Positions 38,301 to 53,300 are shown, numbered from the stretch's first letter. The stretch: DNA of 64,000 nucleotides from Schmidtea nova (GCA_044892505.1 CM097883.1:158596001-158660000), one strand, 5' to 3'. The notes: generated from the sequence alone by a model not told the origin. Made by a program: numbers and translations.

Positions 38301-41300
38301 GGTTATAAATATAATTTATTTAAACAAAATGTAAAAATTTATTTATTATTTATTTATTTTTATTTTTATTATTTATTTCTTCGAATTAAAATATTAAAAC
38401 ATTGTTAAATATATAAAAAAAGAATCATAGTCATTTTCTAAATACCATTTTCCAAATAACTTTAAAATAAAATTGAATTAACATAAAAATATTTTCAAAA
38501 TCACATAAAATGTTTTTCAAAAACATAGTTTTCTAAAATAAGATGCAGTTCAAATCACTTATAAGTCTCTTGAGAACCAGTAGGTTCAAAGATGATGGAT
38601 GACTTCTGTTGGCTGTTAAATATTGACTCGTCTATCTAGAAACTCTTGAATGTGATTTTTGTAATAACCTTCTAACTAATGAACAAATATCGATTTCATT
38701 TTTGAAATACACTACATCAGTATGTTTTAATCAAATAAAAAACTTTGATGCCGGGTACTGTAGTTGCTTTTCTCAAGAATAAAGAAAAGTTAAGCTTTTA
38801 ATACTTTTTAAGTGTTGCCAATCTCTTGAGAATTATTTGAAATTCTAAGGCTTTTGAGGTTCTGACGAAGCATTTAAGAAATCAAATGTGAAGTCTTCAG
38901 TTTCTTACTTCTTTTTAAAAAAATACGTTTTATTTTATTTTTATTAATTCAAAGAAAAAAACTTATCTTATTCAAAAGATACAACATAATTAAGTGTAAA
39001 ACTTATTGAGTCACATATTACAATGACTGTGGTCAAGTCGACCCCAAATGCACAAACCGAAGGTTAATAAAAGTGATTATGGGAATTTAAATTTTCAAAT
39101 ACTTAAAATAAATGCAAAAAAGAGCTACTTTACTTTTATTTTACTATTTATCAAAAACATGTGTATAAAATAAAATAATACACTAATGAAATGTTAAACG
39201 AATAGCATAACCTTTCTTGGAGTGTTTCAAATATTTCAGACCTTGTAACTGCGACGAAAGGAAATCATTTGGGAATCGCTCGTGTAAATATTAGCACTAA
39301 TTATAAAAGTAAAAAATTCGAACTGATAAGCAAATGACACTATCTTCTAACATGGGATGCGATGGGTCAAAACTGGTAGAATAATGGCGGTATCATTGGG
39401 TAGATCACAGTTATAGTATAAAGTTTTAATGGATGGAATTGTAATTGACAGGTAATTTAGTTAGTAATTTGTGTGTAAATTTCTTAGTGAAAACATACCT
39501 GTTTAGGGTTTTTGTGCTTATTTTTCAGTAAACATTTTGTCGTTTTTTAGTGGTATTTGGCAACAGTTGATAACAAATACTGGTTTTTGGAGTAAATCGA
39601 TGAGGTTAATGAAATAAATTGTACTCACTTGCAAATGCATTGATTCAATAATGACCATAAGTTGTAACATTTCTCAGAATTTTCTAAAATATTTCAGATA
39701 ATTATAATGCAAGGTTACAGTTAAGAAGGATGCATGGTGGGTGTATACGATAAATGATTGTGACCTGTATGAGACATGTGTGAATTATTCATGATATGCC
39801 TTTGTTGAGCTGCATGCATATGTGAGTCACTTCATGTTTGTTGTACTCGTATTGCATGCAAATTGTTTTACTAATATCCCAAAATTTTAAAATTAACCAG
39901 TGAAATATTTTTAATAAAAACTTTAATAAAAAAGACAAATTGACTGATTTATTAATTATCCACAATACATGTGAAATGATATTTCCCCAACTCCTTCCTC
40001 AAAATGATAAATCTTCCATCGATCAATGCAGATTTTACATTTTACATAAGATCGATCCCAGTTGACATCCATATTCGAAATGGTATAATCTCTGGAGTCC
40101 AATATATTCTTTTAATTGATAAAGCTCTTGGGTATTAAAATTTTCATCAGTTTTTCTAAAAATCAAATTTAAAATGAAAATAATTAAAATTTATCATTGG
40201 ATGTTAAATTTGACATTAAATGAATAACAAATGATATTTATTTATGAATATTTAATTACTAGATATAATTTTAAAAATATTGAATAAATGTGCCCAAAAC
40301 AATACAGATGGGTTTTTAATCACCAAGATTCTGTTACTAGAGTTCTGGTACTCATTAAATTTGTTAGTCAGACAAACGAATTACATTTGTTGAAGTAAAT
40401 TACAGTAAATATTGTCTTATTTGATATGTGTTAAAATGATAGTTTACTGGGTAACATGAGCATTTCTAGCAATGTAGCATTTTCATCATGGTTATTATCA
40501 AATATAGTGAAATTCATGTGATCATACATTGGTTTGAAGATAAGCTCAAAACCATCACAAAATGGGTTATGTTACCAAATATTCTGCTATCAAGGTTTAT
40601 GATATCATTTTATAGTAAAAGATTATCAATTTTCCTTTAGAAAAACTATATTTCTTATTAAAAATATGTTCAAATGAAAGCCTTTGGGATTACCTGTCAA
40701 TTACAATTCCATCCATTAAAACCTTTTACTATAACTGTGATCTACCCAATGATACCGCCATTATTCTACCAGTTTTGACCCATCGCATTCCATGTAATAA
40801 TATAACACCATTTACCTATCAGCTTTGTCCCATCACATCCCAAGATAGCGTCATTCGCCTATCCATTTCACCCATCGCATCTCATGTAATAATTTAGTAC
40901 CATTTACCTATCAGCTTTGACCCATCTGGTTCCAAAAATCCGATAAAATTAATCCCAATGTTTGATAAAAACACACGTGTATGTTAATTTGTATATAAAA
41001 TATTAAATATAGTACAATTACGATCCCATCCATTAAAATTCAACAACCGTTAATATGTCGATATCATCTTTGACCCATCGAATTCCATGTAATAAGATGA
41101 AGTTGGATAAATGTAAGTTTATTTTTTATTTATAAATATATTTTTAATTTAGATAATTTAGGTATGATGAAATGTTTAATATATGGAGAAACAGATGTAA
41201 GATTTAGTTATGTAAGCATTTTTATTTTAAATAATTTAAATTAAATTAAGATTAATTATAATTAATTATGTATAATATTAAGTATAATATTTTAAATTTT

Positions 41301-44300
41301 TTACATTTTTAAGAAAATTAATAATCCAACAATTTTAATTAGTCAATTTAATAATAATTAATCTTAGTAGTAATTTTAAATTGACTTTTTTTATTAAATT
41401 TATGCACTAATAGGAATTAAACAAATTTTAGTTTTGATAATTTAATTTAGTATTTTAGTAAATTTTGTTATTATTTTTAAATAAACGCATTTCAATGGAA
41501 ACAATAAATTAAAACAAATTTAATTAGTAAATTTTATAATAAATAAACTTAGTAATAATTTTAAATTAACTTTTTATAACAATTTTAAATTATCGCATTT
41601 TAAGAAAAATAAATAATTTAAACAAGATTAATTTAACTTTAAGTAATTATTTTAGGAAACATTTTGTATTTCAATGTAAACTAATAATTTAAATAATGTT
41701 TAGTTAAATTAGTAATAGTTTTTTTTTAAATAAATGTATTTCAATGCAAACAATTAATTAAAACAAATTTGATATTTATTAATAATTTTACTTTAGATAA
41801 TTATTTCAACGGTCCAGGAGGAATCTCTAGAAATGGTAATTTATTTGAAAATTTAATTCTTTAATTTTAGACAATATCAGGGACTTTGGCAAAAAGAAGA
41901 TAAAAATTTTAATTGTGTTTTATTTAAAATTATATTAGGGTGGGTGGGTTCCGTTTTCACCCTTTATTTATTAATGCATGCCAGTCGTTGTGGTGGGCGA
42001 CCGTAATCCAACCAAATTGGAGGCCTCTGCAATGTTTGCTTATTTTTGACTTAACATTAATTAATTTCGGTCATAGTGTCTATGACGATATCTTGCCGGC
42101 ACATTCATGGCGTATGAAACACTACGTTGTGGGTGATGTTTTGGTAGCTGGCTACCCTTGCTTATCTGAGACGTGATCGCTATAGGTAGCGAACTATTGA
42201 TGCCCAGGTCCTATTGACCCTACTTTGGGGGAGGCACAGACGACCCTTGTGGACGCGATTACTTACCCAGCGTGTCTTTTAGGCACAGGCATTTAATCAC
42301 CGCTCTTTAGGACTGGCAATATTAAAGCACCTGTTCTTTATCTTGTCTCTTCTTTTCTTGATATAGATTAATAATCATAATAGTAATAATAATATTAGTA
42401 NNNNNNNNNNNNNNNNNNNNNNNNNNNNNNNNNNNNNNNNNNNNNNNNNNNNNNNNNNNNNNNNNNNNNNNNNNNNNNNNNNNNNNNNNNNNNNNNNNNN
42501 NNNNNNNNNNNNNNNNNNNNNNNNNNNNNNNNNNNNNNNNNNNNNNNNNNNNNNNNNNNNNNNNNNNNNNNNNNNNNNNNNNNNNNNNNNNNNNNNNNNN
42601 NNNNNNNNNNNNNNNNNNNNNNNNNNNNNNNNNNNNNNNTAATTGTAATAAAAAAAAATAATTATAAAAAAATAATATTAAATAAAATAATAATACTTAT
42701 AAAATATTATTAGTAATAAAAATAATATTAAATAAAATAATAAAATAAATACAATAAAAAAAATTATTTAAAACTTTTGAAAATTGCGCTAAAAATTTAC
42801 TTTGATTAAACAAAATGACGCTTAAATTCAAAAAAATTGCGACAAAAAATTTAAACTAAAATTCAAAAAAAATGCGGTAAAATTCAAAAATTGCTCCAAA
42901 AAAAATAATTAATTTACTTTATTTAAACAAAACGGCAGTAAAATTCAAAAATTGCGCCAAACAAATTTGTATTAATTTACTTTATTTAAACAAAACGGTG
43001 GTAAAATTCAAAAATGGCGTCAAAAAATAAAACAAAAAATGACCTTGACCTTTGATCTCGATTACGTAATAATGATGTCATAACTCGTGTGTTATGTAGA
43101 CACACCGATAAATATTGCGCAATAACGTGTGTTCTGTGTAAAACCCGAGAGTTACGTAATCATGTGTGCTATGTAAAGTCCGAGCGATTACGTAATATAC
43201 ACGTATGGGGGGTATTGGCGCAGACCTGACACTTCCTCCTACTATTGTGACACTTATCGAACTTCACACTTATCAAATCTGAGACTCATCGAGAATGTAT
43301 TGTAATTGTAAATGCATAATTTTTAATAAAGTCATCGAAAACATCATATCATAAATCTAACCATTTTCCGTAACTATGGTATCTGTATGTTGACTTCCGA
43401 AAATACGAATATGATCAATCGCATCGTTTACATTATCCACAACTTCCATTGTACAACTTAGAGTACCATATTCTTTTTTCATCTGTGTCGCAAGCTGAGG
43501 GTTGTAAAATTTCAAGGACTTTGCCAATTTGGGCCCCGAATATATTTGAACCTTATTAGAACAATGAATTATGGAATTATCATGTTCATATTGGTATAAA
43601 ATTGAATATGAGTGCTTTAATATTAGTATTTAAATATTTATTAAAAAGTTATAAAATATTATTTTTAAGGTATTAAAACTTTTTTTATCTAAAATTCTTA
43701 AAAATGTAATAAATATAATAAAACATTTCATAATGTGAAAATATTAGTTTTCTAAAATTTACAAAAAAGTTTCAATTTTAAAATAGTAATGTTTTATAAA
43801 TTTAATTTTAAAATATTCTTAAATTTCACTCTTTTTCCATGCTTTATATAAGGTTGCTTTCTATATATATGTGTGCCACAAAATTACAAATCAATTTTTT
43901 AGTGCTTTTCTCTCAACCGATTCACTTCAAATTTTGCACACTTGCTCACTTCCGGTGACAATACATGGAAATGAAAACAAATTTGAAAACAAATTTTTTT
44001 TTAAAAATTTTTTTTGAGGACACACGAAAAATGTAATATAATTTTCCCTTCTACAAAATATAACAAAAAAAAATTTCTCAGCCAAGTGGAGTTCTGCTCG
44101 CATAAAGCATGGATTTGAAAAAAGAATTTTTTTTTGATTTACTAGTTATTAAAAGTTTTAAAACATGCAATATTTTTTACTAAGGTTTTTCGATTTTCAC
44201 TAATAACATTTCTAATACACTTCACTTAAATTATCTTCGATCACGAATGGCAAATTTAATATAATTCACATTTACGTATAAATGGAAAGACGATATTAAT

Positions 44301-47300
44301 CATTTACAACTGCAACTAAAATCTATTTTCTAAACTCTACTCTAAAAACAAACAATACATTAAATCAGCGTTTCCCAACCCTTTTACGATTATCGCCCAT
44401 TTCCAATTGCTAAAAATTCAAATCGCCCACTAGTGGGGGATATCGCCCAGGTTGGGGAGCACTGGGGTAGACTAGATGTAACTACATGTAAGGTGATGTG
44501 TGTGCGTCATATATTGTTATACTATAAAGATTGACAAATTGAGGGAAGACGTATATATAGATGTAGGTTATTTATAGGACTTGTTTGTGTTCATTTGTGC
44601 TATATAGATACATAGATTGTATCTAGATTCTAGAATTTAGAAATAATAAAATTTTAAAGCAAACAGTGCAAAAAAGTTGACATATGCAAAAACAACATGA
44701 CGAAAACATCACCCACCTAAAATTTCAAATCACTCACTTGTGGTCGATATCGCCCAGGTTGGGAAACACTGCATTTAATAATTGTCATCACTGGACGGAT
44801 ATGTATTGTACCTACCAAGTTCTTGTTCTCCTAGTGAAATGAGTAAGGTTATCTATAAGATTTTAATTAATTAATTATTTTCTATTATTGTAACAACTAT
44901 CGGTTAAATATTATTCTTTTCCTATTCAACAATTTATTTGCTACCTGCTCATATATTTTACCCCAAAAATATTGATATTTTTCAACTTCTTAAATAAATA
45001 ATAAATTTTAATTGCTTTGTAAACGATTATTTGTACATTTCAAATTGATTTTTATTCAATAATATAATCCCAACACAATTTTCGATCAATGATAAAAATT
45101 AAAAAAATTAATTTGATAAATTATTTCACTTAATAGAAATCTTTACTTGGTTTTGACCTAACATGTCGTATAATTTTTCGAAAAATTCTGTTCCAATTAA
45201 TTTTTTATGAATCAAAAGTGTCTCCATTGCATTGCAGGCGGCTGGATAGTCACATTTTNNNNNNNNNNNNNNNNNNNNNNNNNNNNNNNNNNNNNNNNNN
45301 NNNNNNNNNNNNNNNNNNNNNNNNNNNNNNNNNNNNNNNNNNNNNNNNNNNNNNNNNNNNNNNNNNNNNNNNNNNNNNNNNNNNNNNNNNNNNNNNNNNN
45401 NNNNNNNNNNNNNNNNNNNNNNTTATAATTAAAATATTTGATTAATTTCGAAAACGGCGGGAAACTTCAAAAGTTGTTAATAAATAAATAAGTATTATAT
45501 TGGACAGAAAGATAGCTTTTTTAGGTAGAGTTAAAGAAGTTGTTACGAATTACAAAAAATATAAACGTTGGAATTTTTCTTATATAAGAAGTTTTAAAAA
45601 TTAAAAAAGTCAACGATTTTAAGCTAAAGTAGACAATTTTTAATCTAACATGAATAACATCAGTAAAACAACATAAGATTAAAAGATTTTTGTTTATTTG
45701 AATAAAAAAACAAACTATAGAGAATAACCAATCAGTCATGGTAACAGTAACAAATTTGGGAAATTATTTTCCAGATAGTCAATTAATTAAATTATTAATT
45801 AAGATTAATTACTCTTTCACGTGTATGATCACGTGACAGACTTAATAACGTAAGAAAGAAGGATAAAGAAGTCAATGTGAAAATGTTTGAAATAATAAAA
45901 ATGTTATAATATTAATAAGATAAAATTTATTATAATTTATATTTCACGTAAAATCTATGAATGAGTCCACAACAAATTGAGCCAGGTGAAATTCCCATTA
46001 AAATCAATCAATTTGTGAACTTTGTCGCGAAACGATAAAGTGAGTAACCGTGCTGCATTGTGCCACGCACGCGCTATGTGCTCAGCAATCTGTTATTCTC
46101 CCGCACATTCAACTATACTTTCGGGTCAACTACGTTAATACAGGTAAAGGTGAAATATAAATTTTATCACAAAACTTAATTGATTTTTAAGTGGCAATAC
46201 TTTCAATTGAACGCTAGGTTAATGTGCAAAACTTCTTACTCAGTAATAATTACCTATTCTCAGTGCCGTCTCTAGATTAGCGTGCTCGTCAACAAACACA
46301 TGGCATATTCCTTCAGAGTGTCCCAGCACCGGAATCGATTTACTCATGCGTTTAATTTTTTGAATCATTTGACTGGAACCTCTCGGAATAACAAGATCAA
46401 TGTATTTATGTAGTTGCAACAAACTCTGTACGTCCTCTCGTTTGCTCACCAAATTCACAGCGTCTGAGTTAAGACCCTGAGATTCCAAAGCCTGTTTAAC
46501 TATCTTAAATAAGCACTTATTGCTATTGTATGCTTCCGATCCACCTTTCAACAAAACACCGTTGCCACTGGCGATTGCTAAAGATGCAACCTGTAACAGA
46601 CAAAACGTAGATGGCATTAAAGCATGCAAATAACGCTACCTGTGGCAAGCAGTCAGGGCGAGATTCAAATATCACCAACAGTACCCCAATGGGAATTGTA
46701 ATTTCTTCTAAAATCAAATCCTGGGCTAATTCAGTTTTCCGAAGAACTCGATTTAGTAGATTATCACAGGAATCAGCAATTTGATTTAATCCGATTGCCA
46801 GGGTTTGCAGTTTAGAAGAAGTTAGTTTCAATCTTGACAGTAAATTTTCATCGAGACCTAAAAATGAAGCAAGATTTTAAATGGGAAATTTCTTGACTTT
46901 TTCTAAAAATTTGAAATTTATCTCGACAAGAAAAAAAATGCTTTTTGAAACATTAATATGTTTGTTATTTGAATAGAACAAAAAAAAAGTTCGTGCGATT
47001 TTTGATAGTAAAATATATTTGATATTGAAACATTAGAGACCAATAATACCCTTTTTTCATCGAAGTAATCACCATTACACTCAACGATCTTTAGCCAATG
47101 TGGCACCAATCTTTGCATGACGGTATTGTTGAAATCTGCGGATTTGGAATCAAAAAATTGACGGACCGCATTTATTTCATCAACTTCAGTTTTGAACTGC
47201 CTGACCTTATACAGTTGTCAAGAGATAATGAAAGGTGGTAATCAGTTAGCGAAATGTCGAAAGAATAATGAGGGTTTGTTGACGTTTCTGGATGAGTGCT

Positions 47301-50300
47301 GTTTGTACTTGCGCTGCTCACAAAAACATCAATAATAATTTTACCCGTTTCCAAACATACATAATGAATAATCCCAGCTGCTGCCCAACAAACACACAAT
47401 AAAATCTTCTTTTTTGTAAGGAAGACTTTGGAGTGTATTAAATGTGTCAGTTGGTAACAACTAATGATACAGACTCTTAGAATTGGAGTAGTATAAAAAA
47501 AATGTGCATTTTTATTGCGTGAAAGTTTGCCTAAATAATGGTAAGACGACTTGATTTGTTGTCCTTTGGTAATTCAAGTGAAACCCATTTGATTAACTTC
47601 AACGTCATTCATATTTGGTGAATGGTTTATTCATATGAATGGTTTAGTCGTTCACATTGAACCTTTCTGCAAGCTCTAAGTACGCTGTTTTGGAATTTGC
47701 CTTCTTTAATATCCTTGTTATTAATTATCTTCGGTCTTTGTCAAGTTGAGATCTCCCGCAAAAAAAATTCTTGAATCCTTCCTGTGCTGTCCAATCACTT
47801 ACAGTATTATCTCCTAATACTGTACTTATTTTCCCGCTGCCTCAGTAGCTTTGATGTCGAGTTTGTACTTATAGAGCAAACAACCTTTAATCAAAGTATT
47901 CGTTGAAAATATTAAATTATTTTAAAAAACTCAATGAAACTATTTTTATCAAATTAAAATGTATCAAATAAGAGGGATTAGTACTAAATTAGATAACATT
48001 ATAAACACATGGTATCGATAATAATAACCTAAAAATATTCATGGCAATCTGTACTTAAAACTGCACGAACATTTTTAGTTACCTAATAAAATAGTTTGAA
48101 TGATAGCAAAGAAAATATCTTTGACTAATGAAGTTGGGCAAATATTGATTTAAAGCCTGAAAAGAAATGAAGAGAAAGGAAATTGAAAATTGATCAATGG
48201 CGAAGAAAAAAGACTTTAACATATACTTTAATATGATAAATTATTTTTACATTTTATAATCTTTTTCTAAGAAAATTGATTGCAAATAATTCTAGTTTAA
48301 TTCATTTATGCAAATTCAATTATATATATCGTTGAAGCATGTGCCTATTTACGTGTATAAATATAAATATATTATTAATGAGCAAACTGAAATAATTAAA
48401 TAAGTATTTAGCGAAGTTTTAATAGTGAAATTTACATTTACAAAAAACAAATTTTCCACAACCTAAACTCGAAAAATCAAACAATTTTTTAGCAAATAAT
48501 CCAATAACATCAATAATATTTTAGATAATTTTTTTAAGTAAAATATTATATAATATTGATAAATAATTTAATAGTTATATTTATTACTAATATAGTTAAA
48601 CTTAACCTCCATGACTCTGAGTTGGGTACATTTGAAATCCTAAATCTTTGTTATTTCAACTATTTTCGGTGTTGTGCATCAGTGGTTACAGCGTAATTTT
48701 TATCTGATAGTGGAAACATTCAAGTTCATTTCAACAAATCATCAATATATAATGAAATAAATAGAATTTTATTTTATCGATTATAAAAATTAAGGGTTAA
48801 TTTGTATCTCATATCTATTTTGTACCTATTATCCATTAACTTTAAAAAAAACAATTAAATTGTAAAGGTTTGTGATACCCGTGCAAAATACTAATAACAG
48901 ACTAGTTTTGAGTTTTTAGCCTTCGTCAGTGCTATTCAGATAGGGTGAAGATTGCTCTTCACGTAAGGTGATTGATCGTGTACATCCTTTTTCTAAGGAA
49001 GTTAAAGAGATAGCTGATTCCATTTCAAGTTAAAAATCAAGAGCGATATATGATAATTTTTCTTTGATATCTACTTACAAATTCTGTCTCAGCTGTAGTT
49101 ATAAAACTATGCCCCATCTCCGTTATCATTTTCATTAAATAATCAGTTAAGTCTCCTCCTGCTAAATCAATTTTACCAATAGCATGAGGTAAGTCATATC
49201 CTTTGTAAATAAGAAATGCATGGATTACACCATTTCCGTAATTTAAAACCTTATTAATTGTTCTTCCAAAAGCATAAAAAAGACAACACAGCTTGAGTTA
49301 AAAGATAGATAATTAAAGCATTAAACGTTTCAAACATGAATGGAGTCCTCTTTTCTATTATGATATTTGGATTGTTTGAATCTTCAATCAACGACAATGT
49401 GTATCAATCGGGAATAAAAAACAATTCAATGTAGAAATAATAAGGACAAATCTTTTCCATTTCAGTCGGTAACGATACCGTGTTTGATTGGGTATTTCAA
49501 CATAAGAATAAATCTTTTCAATTGAGTTTCATCAATGGGATAATTATATTTCTGTCCCATACTAACTATAACACCTTGATGAAGAGGTCGACCAACAATA
49601 GAAGATACACAGCCCATAGAGCATCATATCCAGTAAAACTAACTTTACATATGCCGGATCCGTTGTTAATAAGGAAAGTGGAAACATCTTCATCTGCCAT
49701 TTTTAAATAAAAAAAAGATAATAAGCCCAAACGTTTGTTAATTTTCAAATTCCATTTCAGTCTAATCAAACTCAAATAATTTTGAAACACGCTCATACAG
49801 AACAATAAAAACGCAAATTGAATCAAATAAACAAGAACTTAATTAAACAATTAAGTTTAAAAATTATAAAAATTCAAAATCCAAAATATTTTATTCTTAA
49901 ACTAAAACCTCATTTTTAGGATTGACCACAAGGTAAATATCAAACAAAATTGGAACAATTTGTTAAATTCTTTTCCTTGTATTTTTTCTTTGTTTTATAC
50001 TTTAAAAAATTGATTTATAGTCTAAAAATAAAGAATTTTGTAATAGAAACGAAAAAAATCAAAGAAAAAAAGAAATTTTAATGATAAAATGTATTTATTT
50101 AACATTCAAATACTTGTTTTGGTATGAAAACATTTGAAACCTGTCCCTTTGTAAAGTGCTATATCTCAAGAAACGCATTTTCTTTTTATAAGTGAGGCAG
50201 ATACCGGCATTGTCTACGAAGTTGTTCTTTTTCTGAGTTTGTAACTTTTCTTATTTTATGTATTATCATATCTCGTCGATAAAACCCCTTTATGTTCCTA

Positions 50301-53300
50301 CAGTATTTATAATATCGAAAATGTGATACGTGTTTCTGTCTATCTTTGTACAAATGTATAACTAAGCATTGATGACGGTGAAAAAATAAAGATCTCTTGT
50401 AAAATGACAATTTTTCAACCAATTCATCGTCCCCAGGTATCACAATTGACAATTACTGTTTATTATTCAACTTGTCCAATTCTTTTCCAATTTTCAAAAG
50501 TACCAAGTATAACACTGGCGCGAAAAAAACACTATTAAAACTTTGTGGTCCCGTTATGGGAGGACGATATTAAGAACTATTAAGATTAACCAAATAACAC
50601 TATTCATGATCTTCCAAAAAAACCGGCGGCGACAAAACGATTTCGGTCTCACATCTGGACGTAAAAGATACCAGGCAGTTAACGAATTCTCAAGAAGGTC
50701 TTCAAAGGATGAATACTCAGATTATTAAAAACTGTATTCTGGATATAATACATTTTCAAGTTTCTTCTAAGAATTTATACAAGTGTAAAAGCAGAAATAC
50801 CCATAAAACCGACATATGTTCAGATAAATATTAAAACTAAAGAAATATCTCCTAGATGTGATAATGATGCAAGTTCAATTCTTGATTTTTGATTTTCAGA
50901 TATCTTAGTCCCCGAAATTAAGATTACGATATCAACAGTTACCAAGCCATTTAAATAAAAACTTTAGTATTTCAATTGTCACATTAAAGAACCCAATCCA
51001 TCTGCAACACAAAACAAATAAATGAACATCCTTGATATTATATAATCCCAGATAAAGAAGCAATAATACCACTGTATTTGGCCAAACGAAAGTCTTCATC
51101 ATTCGCAATTAAAATGTCATTTTGTTGTTCTATCAGAAGATCGGCGAGTTTCCTTATTGCGTTAGCTCTTTGGCTTGATGTCGATTGAAACAGTTCTAAA
51201 CTCGCTTTTCGCGCTATAGAATAGAAATCCGGCTATATCAAATGAAAAATAGAAATAAGTCGTACCTAATTCAGCTTGCAATTCCACTTGATTATCTTCC
51301 TGTGGAGTTAAGGTAAAAAATGTTCCCACTTTTTTTCCATGTACAATTTCTAATAAAGCATTTTCATAAGTTCCTTTGCATATTACTACCGAAATTCCCT
51401 AAATATATACACTTTGAAATATATTGAAATTCCTGTATAATTTCGATTACTTGAGTTAATGCCCATTCTGCGGCTTTAAATTTACTTTCCATTCCCCCTG
51501 TTCCCACTCTCGATTTACCTCCAAATTCTAACGCCGGACTTACCATAGTGGTACAGTAAGTATCTATTAACACAGACCCTTCTTCATTTGGGGGCCTTGA
51601 ATACACTCCATCTACATCCGACATAATGACGAGCAAGTCACAATTCATTTCTGCAGCTACTCGGGCAGCCAACGAATCATTGTCTTTAATGCTGATTACC
51701 TGGACACTCAATTAATTAGTCAAGTATAAGAAATTAGAATTTATTAAAATTATTTGATAAAAAAATTTCAGTTGTGAATTTTATTCAAATTTTATGAATT
51801 TCCTTAAAAAGTCTTTCACCCAATTTTTGTAGTATAAAACGTACATAATAGGGTAAATATTTTAACTTGAATTAAATTAATTTTAATAAAAAATATTATG
51901 TATATTTTTACTACTTCATAATTTTTGTTACATGTACCATACCTTGTTTATGGCGCTTTCCGAATGGGAATGATTTGCGTGCAACTTAGCAAATCAAAAA
52001 TTGCAGTGAAAATTGTCTATAATTTGCTGGTATATATCGGTTCACCAGTTTCTGATAACCATATTAAATAAGGAAGCTGTAAAGGAAAAAATGTTTATAA
52101 TTTATTTTATATTTGTTACCAGAATATGTTTGAGCCGTCAACAATTTATTTATTATAACACAACTGAAAATCTCAGAAGAGTATCTAAATGATTAATGAT
52201 ATGAGCAATCATAACACACACACACACACAACATACAAATATATTTATGTAATAATTTAATAAATTATGGTAGTCAGGTCAAATTACCTTAGAGCCCTAA
52301 CTCATATTATATAATATTTTTTTTAATAATCATGTCATATATTGGACATTAAAATATTTCACACCCCTCTGTTATGAAAATTCTTTTATCCATTCTAAAT
52401 TCGGAATTAATATTTTCCCGTTATCTAATTCTATTGTATAGCCTTGATAATGTCTTTTTTTCGATTATCGTCCAAGGTCCTTCATATCCGTCTTCGTCTT
52501 TATTCGCAATTTCTTTCTTAATGAGAATTCTGCCAATTTCAAATGTTATATTTCGTCTTCTTCTAAGATTAAAGTCTTTTTTTATCACTATTCAAAATTT
52601 TTACTTTTTATGACATTATTTTTCTGTCTCATTATACTCTGTCTGGCATTATTCCATTTATAATTAATCTTTCCATATAAAATTTTTTGGAGACTTGTAC
52701 AGTGATATTTATCCTATATTCGATCTCAGACAAACACTCAATTAAGTCATTTGATGTGTTGTCTTGTCAAAATGTGCAATGTATCTTTGATTGTGCAAAA
52801 TTGTATGTGTATTTTCCCGTTTCCTGAATGATGATAAGGGTTTAAAAACTTAATTTTGATTTTAAATTTGTCCATCAATTCTTAAATATTTTAGATTCAA
52901 AATCTTTACCTCTGTCACAGAACAATATATTTGGGTAACAAAACTAAAAATGCACTTTAATTTAAATTTTTCAACAATAATTTTTCATTTTGTTCTACAA
53001 CCGCATTTATAGATATATTTTTTTACTAAACTGATAATTATTGCAAAGACAGCTGTTCTTACTCATTGATCTTTTTTACAAAGGCCACACAAATCGTAAA
53101 ACGTATTTTCAAACAGAGATATATTTGGGGTTTTTTCTAGCATTTCTGTTGAACGTGTTGTCCAAGCCTTTCTTTTCAGATAATTTTCACATTTTTGAAC
53201 AATTGGTTTTAGGAATTTGTTCTTATCAACCATATCATAGTTCCTGCTGACACATTCTTTTATCTTCTTAAATTCTGCATGGCATAATAATTTATGAGTT

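Noticed and set aside
39960-40140. YWTD/LDLR-like peptide ([13 protein letters not shown])
   Set aside because: Short, bounded by stops, no supporting repeats or exons.
1493-45422. ORFs containing X runs (1422, 2244, 18224, 45207, 45218)
   Set aside because: Artefacts of N gaps; the only real coding sequence at a gap is the minus-strand P5CS exon entering the 45259-45422 gap.
50186-50728. Short ORFs in the P5CS intron, and an alternative acceptor near 51008 giving a GK-only truncated isoform
   Set aside because: No recognisable homology; the alternative acceptor has no support without transcript data.
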